Part shown: in pieces, positions 25,979-40,532 of the stretch
Layout of the letters: each line of letters begins with the position of its first letter
How positions within the stretch are numbered: position 1 is the stretch's first letter
NCBI GenBank assembly: GCA_964016885.1
Contig: OZ024751.1
Location: 5,022,001 to 5,086,000 of the forward strand
From: Eledone cirrhosa
Lineage: Eukaryota
Length of the DNA: 64,000 nucleotides
Direction of reading: 5' to 3'
Notes under the pieces: generated by a model
What the model saw: the letters and a program-made list of their open reading frames with translations, nothing else
Database searches by the model: none
What the model was told of the DNA's origin: nothing
Made by a program: the position numbers and the translations under genes

Positions 25979-27064
25979 TAACAAATGGAAACTATATTTA
26001 TAAAACCATATTTATTTTATTATACATATTTCAAGGGCCACCAAGGCAAATTATGGTGCACTTTCATCAGATAAAATACAATACAGATTTGTTTTATAAA
26101 TAAATATTGACATACCCTGAAAAAAGGACAACCCTAACGGTTGGAGCTTCCTGGATAGTGGAGATATTATATTTATTGAGGGTAATAGAAAATTATGATT
26201 GAGTATGCAAATGAGTGTCCGAAAGGTTGAAAAGATAACGGTTTATTTAAATTAAACTGTTGGAAGAAGGTGATATGTGAGGGAGAGAGAAAAAAGAAAG
26301 AAAGAAAAAAAGAAGGAATGACAAAGATAGGAGACGAAAAGAACGATTATATATATTTTTTGACAGTGAAAATAGCGTGAAGAGACGAGCGTAAGTATAT
26401 TTTTAAGTGAGAGAAGATATTAGTTTCAAAGGACAAATACACCGTAAGTATAATTACGTGAGAGGAGAAATGAAGAAAAGAAGAAATGAGGTTAGCGTGG
26501 AAGAATAATATTTATAATGCAGGATTCCTTATGTTTTGATTATAATATTTATAATGATAGGTTGCAAAATTAGATTAAAGATTTAATTATACTTACGTTG
26601 TATTTGGCCTTTGAAACTAATATCTTCTCTCACTTAAAAATATACTTACGCTCGTCTCTTCACGCCATTTTCACTGTCAAAAAATATATATAATCGTTCT
26701 TTTCCTCTCCTATCTTTGTCATTCCTTCTTTTTTTCTTTCTTTCTTTTTTCTCTCTCCCTCACATATCACCTTCTTCCAACAGTTTAATTTAAATAAACC
26801 GTTATCTTTTCAACCTTTCGGACACTCATTTGCATACTCAATCATAATTTTCTATCACCCTCAATATATGTAATATCTCTACTATCCAGGAAGCTCCAAC
26901 CGTTAGGGTTGTCCTTTTTTCAAGGTATGTCAATATTTATTTATAAAACAAATCTGTATTGTATTTTATCTGATGGAAGCGCGCCATAATTTGCCTTGGT
27001 GGCCCTTGAAATATGTATAATCAAATAAATATGGTTTTATAAATATAGTTTCCATTTGTTAATA
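25977..27064. mobile_element. long palindrome (arms 25977-26456 / 26584-27064), PLE pseudo-LTR fold-back relic with HHR
   Basis: ~480-bp arms are near-perfect reverse complements; ~130-bp spacer. Confidence 0.9.
26015..26076 (-). ncRNA. type I hammerhead ribozyme, intact core
   Basis: UUUUAU-CUGAUGA-AAG.GCACCA..UGGUGGCCCUU-GAAA-UAUGUA-UA-AUAAAA; mirror copy 26964-27025 (+) has a mutated core. Confidence 0.75.
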
Positions 27065-27158
27065 TATTGTATATTTACTCCACTAAACTGTTGAGTGCTT
27101 TATATCAGTTATAAAATTGTTGAAGCTTGTTGAATCCCAATAAATTAAATATAACCTC

Positions 27159-27230
<72 letters not shown>

Positions 27231-27399
27231 AATATATATATATATATATAATTATCTATTCGTGTACAGATATTTTTGCATACACAATAACAAAATAAAA
27301 ACAAACATATTTATTTCACGAGGCTCGATAAGGATAAATATATATAAAATATATAAGAACTCTAGAGAAAACCTGAGCAACGCCGGGCCATTCTGCTAG

Positions 27400-27484
27400 T
27401 TATAATTATTTCCACGGTTCTCCATGCAATTGAGAAGTCCTTCATGCATTTGTTGTTGTTATGAGAACGGTATCGTCAGATGAT
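27400..27484 (-). ncRNA. type I hammerhead ribozyme split by the Helitron-like insertion (most of the 3' stem I strand at 22266-22269)
   Basis: AUCAU-CUGACGA-UAC.GUUCUC..GAGAAC.GUG-GAAA-UAAUUA-UA-A|UGAU across the empty site. Confidence 0.65.
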
Positions 27485-28019
27485 AGCCGATATGTTTGAT
27501 ATGCCGCCGGCAGGAAAAAAACACATCCTTTTGCTCGTGTGCCCAGCAGACATATAAGTTCCTGAAAGGGTCTCCCAGCCGTCGTGTTTGCTGGAGTAAA
27601 GTGCTATCAACGTGTCAATTAGTGAAAACAGGATTCACGCATCCCCCACGGCGTTGAGGTCGTAAATCAGCAGAGAGTTAACCTCTCAAATATGATGATC
27701 TGTACGAAAAACTGTGTGTAGCCAGAGCCAAGTAGATAGTGGAAGTAATAAATGGACCTCTGAGGGAGGGTGGGGTATATATTTTGTTGACAGCCACATT
27801 AAGACAACAACAACAACGACAACAACGACAACATCAGCAAAAAAAAAAAATATTGACCAAAAGTTGTCCACACTGGCCGCAGCATTCGTAGTGATGGTAC
27901 TACTCTTCTGACAACAACAACGATTGCAACAGCTACAGTAAACAGCTACAATAACACCAACAACAGCAACAGCAACAACAGGTTCCCATCTAAGGAGCAG
28001 CCCCACCTCAGGAAGCTAG

Positions 28020-28318
28020 CGAGTAGAATTTCTACACTAAAACGTTCGGACGGAATTCTCGTTCATGAGGATAAAACGGGTAACCTCTACAACATGGACG
28101 CAACAACTTATAGAAGACTAATAGTATAGGAGCTTAGAAAAAATTACAAGAAAACTTCACAGGCTAACCTTAACGACATCAACGAGCGGACTAATAGAAT
28201 AGTAATTAAACTCAACATCACGGATAGGACCGGGCCTTACCAACTCAGAGAATCCCGTATTTTGCTGAAGGATCACAAACCGAACTTCGGAACTGATCTC
28301 CCAGTCAAACTTATAGTA
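28020..28318 (+). mobile_element. Naiad-type PLE RT N-terminal fragment
   Basis: DKTGNLYNMD..YKKT..LLKDHKPNF translation. Confidence 0.6.
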
Positions 28319-29671
28319 AGAACCCCCCCCCACAAGAGAGTACTAATAAACATGAATTAGAAAATAGCACAATAAAGAGCATCCAGCAGATAGCTAACTC
28401 CATACAACCAGAGTATAACTGTAACCGTTGACTACCCTTCCAAACACCCTAACAATAGACTACCAGTATTAAACACAGAACTCTATAGACGAAAGAGCCC
28501 AAATTCTCCACTCACACTATGCTAAACGCATGGCCTCCAAATACCTGATACTCAAAAACTCAGCAATGTACAGAAGTGCTAAGTTTAATATTCTGATCGC
28601 AGACTTGGTAAGAATGATGAAGAATGCGTCCCGCATGTGCGACCCAACTGAAATGAAAAGACACATCCAACACTTAATCAATCACATGCAGTTCTCTGGC
28701 TACAACCAAAGAGATAGAATCAGAGTATACAAAGGAGCCACTGAGAAGTATAAGACCCTCATAGAACTGAAAATGAAAGGAATTTGCCCATTATGCAGGA
28801 GCAAGCCAAGGAATAGCTTAGATAGAACTAAACATAAGATAAGGAAAGCCATTTTATGGTACGACAAGAGATACCAGAGTGTCATGTTCGTGGATGCTAC
28901 CCCCGGGGGGGGGGGGGGGGATTAGCTAAGAAATGTAGAAAGGCGCTAAGAAAGACCCATCTACAGATTAAAGTGGTAGAAAAGCCAGGAACTACCATAA
29001 AATCCCTGATCAGCAAGACTTTAAGAAAACCCACTGGACTAATAAGAAATGTGTTATAAGTAAAGTGAACTCCCAGATAAAATGTAAAACTAGAAATCTA
29101 GTCTATAGCATAAGATGTACAGAAACATGACAACGACATACTTAGGTAAGGCAGCTCAGAGCATAGGAGAAAGAATAAACCAACACCGGTGGGAACTAAA
29201 AGGACCCCCCCCCTCAAAAAAACCGGTTCAGTACTATATGAACACGCCAGATAAAGACATGACGGTAGTATAGACAACATAGAAATTAAAATAATATCTA
29301 AGCATAGAAATGACTCTACAGGTAGGCAAATCAGAGAAGCAACTGAGATAGAACTAAGAAGACCGAAGGTGAACAGAAAGAACGAGTGGAATAACAACAA
29401 CCATACCCAAACAAACAATACTGACTTAAGTGAAATATAAATAAATAAATAAATGAATATATACACGAGTACAATAACAACAAACACATATAAACACACA
29501 CGAGTGAACAAAGATAGAATACAAAAACAAAAACACATACACTAAACATTATACACACACACAAACGCATGCGCAGAGACAGAGACAAGAAGAAATAAAT
29601 AGATTAATTAAATAAAAATGGCGTAAACTTTACAATACAATGGGAGGAAACATAATAAAGTACCACTGATG
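28318..29671 (+). mobile_element. Neptune-like PLE 3' half (paralog of ~18575-19955), degenerate
   Basis: ORF 28530-28925 closely matches 18804..; shared 3' UTR. Confidence 0.85.
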
Positions 29672-30155
29672 TATATATATATACATAAATTCCTCAATTT
29701 GTATGTGTGGTTGTGTGTGTGTGTCTGTGGGGGTGGGTGTGAGTGTATGTGCAAGTCAACCAACATAAGTCTTTTTATATGTAAACCTTCTAGTATTTGA
29801 CTCTAACCATAATTTTAAGTAGCACCACTCCACATAAATTCCTCAATTTAAGAATGACCTGTAGTATCTATTTCATACTATTAACTTCAATTGAATATAT
29901 ATCTGACCAGGAATGCTTTTTGTGAAAATCAGTCATGTGGAACTATTGTCATCTTGCCTGACGGTTTGAACTTTACAACACCACCTGCCACTTTGAGGTC
30001 AAATACCAACCCTACTACCATCTACAAACTGACCAATGAGAATTAAGATTATTCCTGCTGACAACATTAAATTATCCCTAACAAGCTCATATGTCCCAAG
30101 GCTCTGAAACCATCAACACTATAAACCCAGAGCTGGCATATCTAAGAACTGACTA

Positions 30156-30211
30156 ACTGTCTGATAAGGTCATAGCCATTCAATGGCTATCATCGAAATA
30201 TATATAGCAGT
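30156..30211 (+). ncRNA. type I hammerhead-like fold, G8A core
   Basis: ACTGT-CTGATAA-GGT.ATAGCCAT tca ATGGCTAT.ATC-GAAA-TATATA-TA-GCAGT. Confidence 0.65.
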
Positions 30212-30306
30212 AAATAAAGGATTATGAGTTCATGCAATTGACTTATGTTTCGTCACTATATATATATATATATTTAGTTATGTAATAAACAACATAAGAT
30301 AATTAT

Positions 30307-30367
30307 TTCATTTACCAGTGGTTTCTTGAAGGCAGATTTTATGTCTGTCTTCAGTAGTCAGAATGAA
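30307..30367 (-). ncRNA. type I hammerhead-like fold, G8U core
   Basis: UUCAUU-CUGACUA-cUGAAG.CAGA..UCUG.CUUCAa-GAAA-CCACUGG-UA-AAUGAA. Confidence 0.6.
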
Positions 30368-30818
30368 TAAATAACATGGTGTTTTTATTAAATATGGATT
30401 TGAAAACAAAATTTAGGAAATATGAAAATGAGGCTGAAAATACGGGCAAAAAGGAATTAGGGGAAAAAAAATAAATAAATATCCAGAACATAAACATACA
30501 TACACTCAACCACGCGCTAATACGTAAAGGTACGTAGACGTATACTTTCTCACATAAGCGTATTTGCGTCTACATGGAAATACGAACAGGCACATAAATA
30601 CGTACACATACACAAATATATATGCACTCAAATATGTACACACAAATACACACACATATAAAAAAGAGGGTATACACACACATATATACATACATACATA
30701 CAAACACAAAACACAAAAACAAAAAGCTCTATACATACGCGCACGTGTATATACACATACACACATATATATATACACACTCACACGTACACATACATAC
30801 CCACCTATATACATGCAT

Positions 30819-30863
<45 letters not shown>

Positions 30864-30956
30864 AACACACACACACATATATATATATATATACATATAC
30901 ACACACACACACACATATATATATACATATACACACACATATATATATATTCCCAT

Positions 30957-31009
<53 letters not shown>

Positions 31010-31771
31010 TATATATATATTTATGTATATATATATATATACACATACACATACATATATACATGCACATATCAATATGTGCTAACCATTGGGAAGTAGT
31101 TCAGAAGCAGAAATAACTAAATAAATAAATAAGATCAAAACATTAAAAAAATATTTAGTGAGTTGGTTATAGGGTTATTTACTCCAGTAAATACCACCGC
31201 ATGCCAACAACTAATTTAATTTGAAAGAAGATATAGAAGAACTTTTATGTAATTTTTCTTGGTTAGAATTATCTCTCTACATTCGAAGTAATAAAATGAA
31301 GCATGACGAATATCTCAAAACGAGTACCAATAACAATGTGTATTTTATTGTAGTGTGCTTATTACAATTTGGTAGTAAAACGTACCTTGTGACATGATAG
31401 AAGTGTAATCCTGAAGTACAAGATAGGGTTAGAAAAAGCTTAACATATCTGTGCTTGGTGTGGTCAGTTATGGAGCCTGCTGCCAAAAGAGGGAGATTGC
31501 CCTTTGCTCTTTCTTTTATAATACATGAAACGGAAGTTCAAGGAATTTCTAGAAATTCTACGGGAAGTAACTCTAGCTACTTCCCTTTGTCTAGAGAGCG
31601 CTACAAATATATATATATATAAGAAAATCAAAATCAAAATCAAAATAAAGTAAAAAAGTGACGTGTTGACAACGAAAGGTGTGTGTATGGGGAGGGGGGA
31701 AATAAATACAAACAACTTAAAAATAAACAAATACACACGATATGCATATATATATATATATATATATATAT

Positions 31772-31892
31772 GACGGTAGAGCTCAAGCCGTTTAAATGGC
31801 TATTTCTGGACTCTATTACCCACTCTACTACCCTAGGTATTGAGTACTTTAGTGCGTTATGGTTCATCTGGTTCCTTACTACAATTCTTTCG

Positions 31893-31894
<2 letters not shown>
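31772..31894. mobile_element. short relic of the 21.0-22.1 kb HHR family
   Basis: 31772-31812 matches 21031-21071; 31813-31894 matches 22031-22112. Confidence 0.75.
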
Positions 31895-31930
<36 letters not shown>

Positions 31931-32241
31931 TCGTATATATGTCTATATACCTATACACACATACAAACACACACACATATATGTATATATATAAAAATAA
32001 ATATATATACATATATATATATATACACATACATACATATATATACACACACATCCACATACATACACATAAAAAAACATACAATAAATTAGATAGATGA
32101 ATATCATAGGTACATAACCTACGTACATACGTTCACGCGCGCGCGCACACACACGCAAGCAATAAAAAATCAACACACGCATACATTGAAACATACGTAA
32201 ATCCATATACACATATGCACATATATACTAAAACATATATA

Positions 32242-32765
<524 letters not shown>

Positions 32766-32768
32766 ATG

Positions 32769-32800
<32 letters not shown>

Positions 32801-32802
32801 TG

Positions 32803-32833
<31 letters not shown>

Positions 32834-33069
32834 CTATACATATACACACACACAAACACATGCATGCATAGATACACGTACGTGTGTGTGTGTGCATAAA
32901 CATATAGGCAGACAAACTATAAATACACACACGCCAAAAAATACCAAAAAATGAAAAAAATGATATTATACTCCAGAAGTCTTGTCGAGTGCTTCGAATC
33001 AGTTATAAATATAAATCTTTTTGTTGAATAACCGACAAATTAAATATCCCTTTGCTTATATATACACAT

Positions 33070-33124
<55 letters not shown>

Positions 33125-33717
33125 AAGTCAAGCGATTAACCAGTTAATTTTTTTTGGCTTTTTAGTTATTCTATTGACTGATTAATCGCTTAAGTTTATT
33201 TTAAAACAACTCGGTAGAGAGCTTAATTCGTTTTGTGCGGTTTTTGAAAATTTTTGCAAAAACTACACATGCTGAATTCACTGGCCAAAATAGGGATTTT
33301 CTCCCCTTAGATTCTCGCATGTGCTTTCATAACCTGCAAGAGTCTGCCAACAGAAGAACAAAAATCCGTTGAGAAAGCGATGCCTTGTTCGGTCTCTATA
33401 CCAAAAGGTTATTTTTATAAGCAGACAGTATTATTGATTTAGGCGCTGCAGAAACCCACTTTAGGAGCATTCCATCTTCCAAGAAGGGTCCGGGTAAATA
33501 TTTCAATCATATCTCATTTTGTTTGACCCGTTTTAGCTTGTTCGCTTTTTTGGCTATGGTGGTTAATGGCTTCTTAACCATCGTCTCAGCGTGTATGACC
33601 TTTTTAACTTATGTTTATAGCTCTGGTATCTTCTTCTCCAGTTCCATCGAGCGCTTGTCAGCACAATATGGAAGTTGCGTTTCGCTAATTTCTACCCGCC
33701 GAAATGCGATTCTCGCT

Positions 33718-33765
<48 letters not shown>

Positions 33766-33795
33766 TTTACGCATACAAAAGATACACGCATAATA

Positions 33796-33820
33796 ACACA
33801 CACACACGCACACACACACA

Positions 33821-33903
<83 letters not shown>

Positions 33904-33922
33904 GCACACACACACACGCACG

Positions 33923-33999
<77 letters not shown>

Positions 34000-34018
34000 G
34001 CACACACACACACACACG

Positions 34019-34062
<44 letters not shown>
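33796..34062. repeat. (CA)n microsatellite with CG interruptions
   Basis: Direct inspection. Confidence 0.95.
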
Positions 34063-34068
<6 letters not shown>

Positions 34069-34129
34069 ATATAATAAATACACGTATATGTGTATGTACA
34101 CATAAGCCTGTCTGCATATGCGACCACAT

Positions 34130-36000
34130 ACAACGTTATGTGAGTACACTTAAAAAATTAGTGGGTAAGTAAGGACAAGGGGGAGTATAACAGATCAAAT
34201 AATATAAAAATATATTATGAACAGGTAAGGGAGAAAAGGGGTGTAAAAGTTGTGGTAGAGAGTGAGTGTTTGTGATGAGATCTGGATAAGGATATATAGT
34301 TAGAAAGTGATCTGGGTAAAGCATGGAGGTGGTGGGTGTGTATGTGTTAAAGGTATGGTAGAAAATAGGGGGGGGGATTTATAATTCAGATGAAAAAAAA
34401 ATATAGAAAAAGATGAAAGAGAAAAAGTATATATTGGTAGAAAGTATGTGTTCTTAAGGTGATGATATTGCTAGTGAGTGGAAGGCGTGATAAGTAAAGA
34501 AGAAGCTCAATATGGTTGAGTAATCGTTGGTATGTTAATCCAGTTAAAAAGTAGATGCGATTTCAGGTGCGGACAACACCTAAAGATCTCGGTCTTAGAG
34601 TTGAGACAAGTGGGAGGGGTTTTCAAGTTTTGGAGAATTCTGAATTTTTCCGTAGTTCACAAAGAACATTACTTTGTGCCCCTTTGGTATTCTCTTGAAT
34701 GGTCTAAAATAGACCAATCATTAGTATACGGAATGTTTTTGTCCTTAAACTCACACACTTTATTTGCCAGCGCCTTTGCTGTTCTTTTTTCAGGGTGTTT
34801 GAAAGAAGTGACATGTGCATAGTACCTTGGTTTAAATCTGTCCTGAGTCATGCCAACATATCGTTCACTCGTGGCTGGCTGGTTATTAATCATCGGTGTC
34901 AATTTGGCTTCATACACAATAGATTTGGTATTACATTTACCCTGTAATGGGCATTCTTCCGGCTTCCTGCAACTGCATCCTGGATTTACTCTAGTACCAT
35001 TAGAGTTGGTAATTTTAGTTTTCATTGATGGGCAGCAAGAGTAGCTGATTTTAACTACATTTCTATTGAATATCTTATTATATCTATGATTAGGGGGAAA
35101 ATGTTTGTCTAGAAAGTCGAGGAATTTTCTTCCTACGTTAGTTTTAACAGTTAGAGAGAAGGGTGTGTAAACCAAATAATTTTTCTTTTCCTGTTATTGT
35201 GTTTAGTGTTAGATAGAGGAGTAGGTAAATATTTAATTTGTTCGGTGAAGCCGCTGTTATTGAGGGCCTTATTATAATAAGGGGCAGCTTTGTTAAAAAT
35301 GTCTATAGACGGAGATAAGGTAGAAATCCTACGGCTAATGTTAGGAATAAGATTTTTAAAGACTATAGGGGGATGGCAAGACTTTGTGTATATATCTTAA
35401 ATTTTAATTTTCATTAGGTTTATGATAAGGTTTAAAAGAGGCGGTAAGTAGGTCAAGATTGATATCAAGGAAGTTAGTACTAGTAAGATTCGTATATATA
35501 GTAATTTTTAGGTTTAGGTTAGCAAAGGTATTGATTAAGTCTTTACGGAATTTATCAAGGTTATGGCCGTTGGTGGTATGAGAAACTGCCAAACCGTCAT
35601 CTCGGTATAAAACGATATTATGGCAAGGAAATTTCTCTTTAAGGGTGTGGAGGAAGAATAATCCTAATAAGTCGCACACATCGGCGCTATCGTATGAGCC
35701 CATCGCAACATCAAAAGAGTTTTCAGGGCTTGATTTTTTAACACAAGTACCTTCATTAGCAAAGAGTAATGTTTTCCTAGCATAAAAGATAACGTCTTCT
35801 TCTAATTTAGAAATATTAATGAAAAGTCTAGCAAAATCTAAGGCTTTAGTTAATAAGAATTCTGTGGTAGAGGGGTAAAAATCAACAATATCAAATTGGG
35901 TAAATCTACATTTATTTTTTCCTTGTATATTATTAAACCAAGAAATAACAGAGGATGTATTTAACCATTGGGATAAGTCAGTCATAGTTCTTATTTGAAG
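34130..36000 (-). mobile_element. Penelope-like element (Naiad type), RT + GIY-YIG, 5' truncated
   Basis: QFDIVDFYPS, FDVAMGSYDSADVCDL, LYRDDGL (35404-35985); CSCRKPEECPLQGKC, IVYEA, YVGMT (34669-35175). Confidence 0.88.
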
Positions 36001-36055
36001 TATTATTTTTAAAATACCTAAAAATACCTAAAAACGCACACAAGGAAAAAAGAAA

Positions 36056-39000
36056 TATGACTACTGACCAGCAAGCCCACAACAGACGAAATTGGTCTGA
36101 TATTGAAATTGACCTCTTAATAAACACATGGTTTTCTCTGTCCCTCAAAATAAACATTAACGCGTCGTGTCTGAATGAAATTGCTGAAAAAACAGCTCAA
36201 ACATTTACCACGGGTCTGCTAAGCAGATACACAACAACCTAAAACATGTAGAGTCTCTTTCAAACTAATTCAAAACCATTTTGAAAAACTTCGACATATT
36301 TACTCCAATGGACAAACACAACAACAGCAACAACAACAACAAGAACAACAACAATAGCCACAACAACAACAACAGCCAGAAAATCAGGAGCCACCACCAC
36401 CACCACCACCACCACCACCACCACCACCACCACCACCACCACCACCACCACTACTGAATTCAAGCATAATAGCTGAGTTACTGAATGACAGTATCCCTTA
36501 ACCACTTTCTCAGCCATAATTATCGGCATCACCACCACCACCGTCACCATCTTCTGCCACATCAACTGCTAGTAATGGACCACTGCTTTCTCTCCCACCA
36601 CTCTCACAGCCTCCACCACAGTTGTCGTCATCATCATCGTCACCACCACTGCTTTCTTCCCCCCACATTACCACCACAGTCATGCTGTAGTCAAAAGAAC
36701 CTTTAAAAAAATCTATGGAGCTGTATGCACCCCCCACTACACAAACTAGAAACCCTAAAATATGCCGCTACTCACTACGTCAGAGGCTATGCACACGTAG
36801 CGACTGCATATTTACCCATTTACCAGGCGCACAAACAATGCCAGCCAACACCAAAGCACGCTGCCCACACGCATAAGTCGGAGTCCCAAAATCTGCCAAC
36901 ATTCCCAACGTGAGAGGCTAAGTCTGCTGACTGACTGTCCCTTCACTCATCTTCCTGGGACACAACGCACGAACAGAAAAGGGGCTCCATGCCAACACAC
37001 AAACCACAATAAAGCCACCCCCTGCTGCAGTAATACTGCTTCAGTCTCCTCACAAAGACACGATTACAACAACAAAAACAACAAAAGTAATGCTGCTCCA
37101 GTCTTTTCACAAAAACACGATTACAACAACAACAAATACAACAACAACAAAAGCAATGCTGCTCCAGTCTTTTCACAAAGACACAATTACAACAAATACA
37201 ACAACAACAAAAGAGGGAACTGCAACCCTATCCAATGGTGTAACCACAAATCCAATCAAAAACTGCTCCCTGAACAAGAAAACCTTTGTTTTTTATCCAT
37301 GAAACTGGCAAAAGAGAAACAGAAAAACATTTTAGCCATCACCCAACACCATCCTTGCTGTCACTAACACACAATCTCAAAACAAACCCCCTGCAACAGT
37401 CAAAACCAGCCACCACACTAGCCTCCACATTTTTACTCAATGCACAGAAATGGAAGATCCAATTTATATAGGATTGGGTTGGTAACCATCCATTTCACAT
37501 CCCCTTCTTCATTCTTACTGAGACCCACTTGGAGGCCGAAGTAAGAGTGAGGAATTTCACAATCATCCGTGCGGATCGTGTTGGCAGAAGGAAGGGTGGA
37601 ACTGCCATTTTCCTGCATGATTCTTTTACAGCAGATGGTAACACAACATTCTCCAATGGCTAATGTGATCAGTCACTGTGCACAATTAAGCCAATGGCCT
37701 GACATTAGTTGGGCTCTATAGGCCACCACAAACACCAATAATCTGCTTCAAAGAATGCCTCAACAGTATTAAATGCTTTATTAAAAAGTGCCATTCTAGC
37801 AACATACTTTTGATGGGAGACTTTAATCTACCCTGTGTCGATTGGTCTACATGTAGTTTGAAACCAGGCACTCCAACCTCAACCACTGACAAAGAAGCAG
37901 TCGAATCACTTCTTGACTTCATGAATGAATTTTTCTTGTCTCAACTTGTCCTTGCACCAACAAGGCATCAGAAGAACATTCTGGATCTAGTGTTTAGTAA
38001 CCACACTAACACTATCCCTAATATTACAGTGGAAAAAACCCTTCTCTCAGACCATGACATGGTTCTTTGTAACATGAGATTCCATCAGCCGAAAGCTAAT
38101 CCTCTTTCCAGCCCACCCATTTGATAACATGGATCTCTACAATGCCAACTGGGATGTAATTATGAACGAACTATCACATGTTGACTGGTCTATTACACAT
38201 GCACACATTTCCATCAACATCAAAACATCTTGGCAGATCTTTGTAGACACTGTCACAAATATATGTGCAAAACACCCCCCATCAAAATCTGTGAACAAAA
38301 CTAAGTGCAGTATCCCTCGAAACAGAAAAACAATTATCAGAAAATAAAAAGAACAAACAAATTAATACACTAAAATACTGCCAACAGCAGCACACACATT
38401 CGATGGCTATCGCCCTGCTTGAATAAAAAAAATATAACCTCCAACAATGCATGATGACCATCATCAATAACCATAGAATAGCTGAAGAGAGGAAATCAAA
38501 CTCAACCCCAAAGTGTTCTTTTCATTTGCTAAAAAACACAAGGTCACCGTCTCCACTGTTGGCCCTCTAGTTGATAAAAATGGCACACTCCAAGATAATG
38601 CCAAAACCATGGGCCAGATACTGCAGAAACAATACTGCTCTGTTTTCAGCAATCCTGATATGGCCGATCTGGGCTGTATCAGTGATGTTAATCCCCAACA
38701 CATTATATCAGACATAACGTTTGGCGCCCCTGATGTCTTAGCGGCAATAAACGAAATTAAACATAATTCAGCAGTAGGCCCCGGCAGGTTCCATGCTTGT
38801 GTCCTGAAGGTGTGTCGACACCAACTTACATCTTCTCTTGCTAATATGTAGAGGAACTCACTGGATACTGGCTATATTCCTGAAAACCTTCTGTCCCAGT
38901 CCGTTATCCCAGTCTTCAAAAAGGGAAATAAATCCCTTGCAGTGAAGTACTGTCCGATCTCACTCACCTCTCATATTATCAAGGTGGTGAGATCACGAAT

Positions 39001-40385
39001 AACCCACTTTCTTGAAAGCAACGGCCTGTTGAACTCCAACCAACATGGGTTCCGTAATGGAAGGGACTGCCTAACGCAGCTCCTGCATCACTTTGACGAT
39101 TTTCTTAGAGCCTTGGTAGAGGGCTCCAACACTGATGTCATCTACCTTGATTTCAGCAAGGCCTTTGACAGGGTTGATCAACAGATTCTACTGAAAAAAA
39201 CTATCCAATATTGGTGTCTTTGGAAAGTTAATACAGTGGATCAATTGTTTCCTGACAGGCAGAAACCAGCATGTTGTAGTCGAAGGAGTAAAATTAAGCC
39301 CTGCCAAAGTCAGCAGTGGCGTCTCACAAGGCACTGTGTTGGGCCCACTTCTTTTCGTCATCTACATTAATGACATTACTGACATCATCAAGCACAGCAA
39401 CGTAAGAATATTCGCAGATGATTCCAAGCTCCAAAGGGTCATCAATGAGCTGGGTGACCGGACTTGCCTTCAGTCAGACCTACTGGCTGTTATCCAATGG
39501 GCAGAAAAGAATAATATGCTGTTGAATGAGGATAAGTTTGAATTAATCCACTTTGGAAAAAAGGATGCCCTGAAACTACCATACTCTCTTCCTTCGGGTG
39601 AAACTCTAGTGGCACCCAATAACATCAGAGACCTGGGAGTAATTGTGGACAACAACATAAGCTGAGCCACTCATATAAACAGCAAATTTGATATGACCCG
39701 CAGAATGTGTTCCTGGATTCTCAGAACTTTCCAGTTGAGAAATATCCACACTGTTATCCTTCTCTTCTCCACTTTTTCCCGACCCCACCTGGAATACTGT
39801 TGTCCACTGTGGTCTCCCCACGCGAAACAAGCTATCATGAAAGTTGAAGCACCCTAAAGGTCAATTACAAAAAAGATAGATGGCATGACAGACCTTGACT
39901 ATTGGAGTCGATTAGAAAAGCTCAAACTTTATTCTCTCCAACGTCGCCGTGAGCGCTACATTATCTGTATGATGTGGAAAATATTCCATCAGCTTTCCCA
40001 AATGATGTTGGCATCACCTTTAATGTACACCCAAGGCTTGAGCCACGTGCCATCCTCCCACGACAAAAATCTCACTCGCATCTCATAACAACAATACGGC
40101 ACAATTATTTCACCTCAGTTGGCCCTGCTCTCTTTAACATTACACCAAAACACACCAAAGCAGAAGCAGAACCCCATCAATTTCAAGAAGCCTTAGGACA
40201 AATTCCTTCAAGAAATCCTGCATAAACCTCCTACACCCGGATATGCCTCCGTAAACAATAACTCTCTGCTCGAGTGGGCCATGGTGGCCAAGCACTGATT
40301 TGTAAGACTTCGCCAGATGGTGCTATTAAGTTAGACATGGCCTGGGCCCAAAACTGGCCGAAACCTATCAAAGTTATCAAAGTTA
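36056..40385 (+). mobile_element. CR1/L2-group LINE, degenerate (ORF1 relic, APE, RT)
   Basis: MGDFNLPCVDW..ILDLVFSN..SDH (37810-38124); PISLTS, NQHGFR, IYLDFSKAFD (38942-39370); FADDSK (39336-39665); LYSLQRRRER; tail (atcaaagtt)2. Confidence 0.88.
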
Positions 40386-40441
40386 TACATACATATATAT
40401 ATATATATACATACATATATGTATGTATATACATATAAAAA

Positions 40442-40532
<91 letters not shown>
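40442..40532. repeat. (TATC)n microsatellite, left flank of Tx1 array
   Basis: Direct inspection. Confidence 0.97.

Larger units (their letters stand above)
22270..27399 (+). mobile_element. non-autonomous Helitron-like element with nested PLE insertions
   Basis: 5' TC (tctatatatctaaaacagagaatgtctg) after A; 3' hairpin cctgagcaacgccggg then CTAG (27396-99) before T; joining the flanks restores a hammerhead stem I. Confidence 0.6.

Noticed and set aside
33121-33720. Non-repetitive stretch resembling a transposon or coding relic
   Set aside because: No motif or terminal structure recognised; left unannotated
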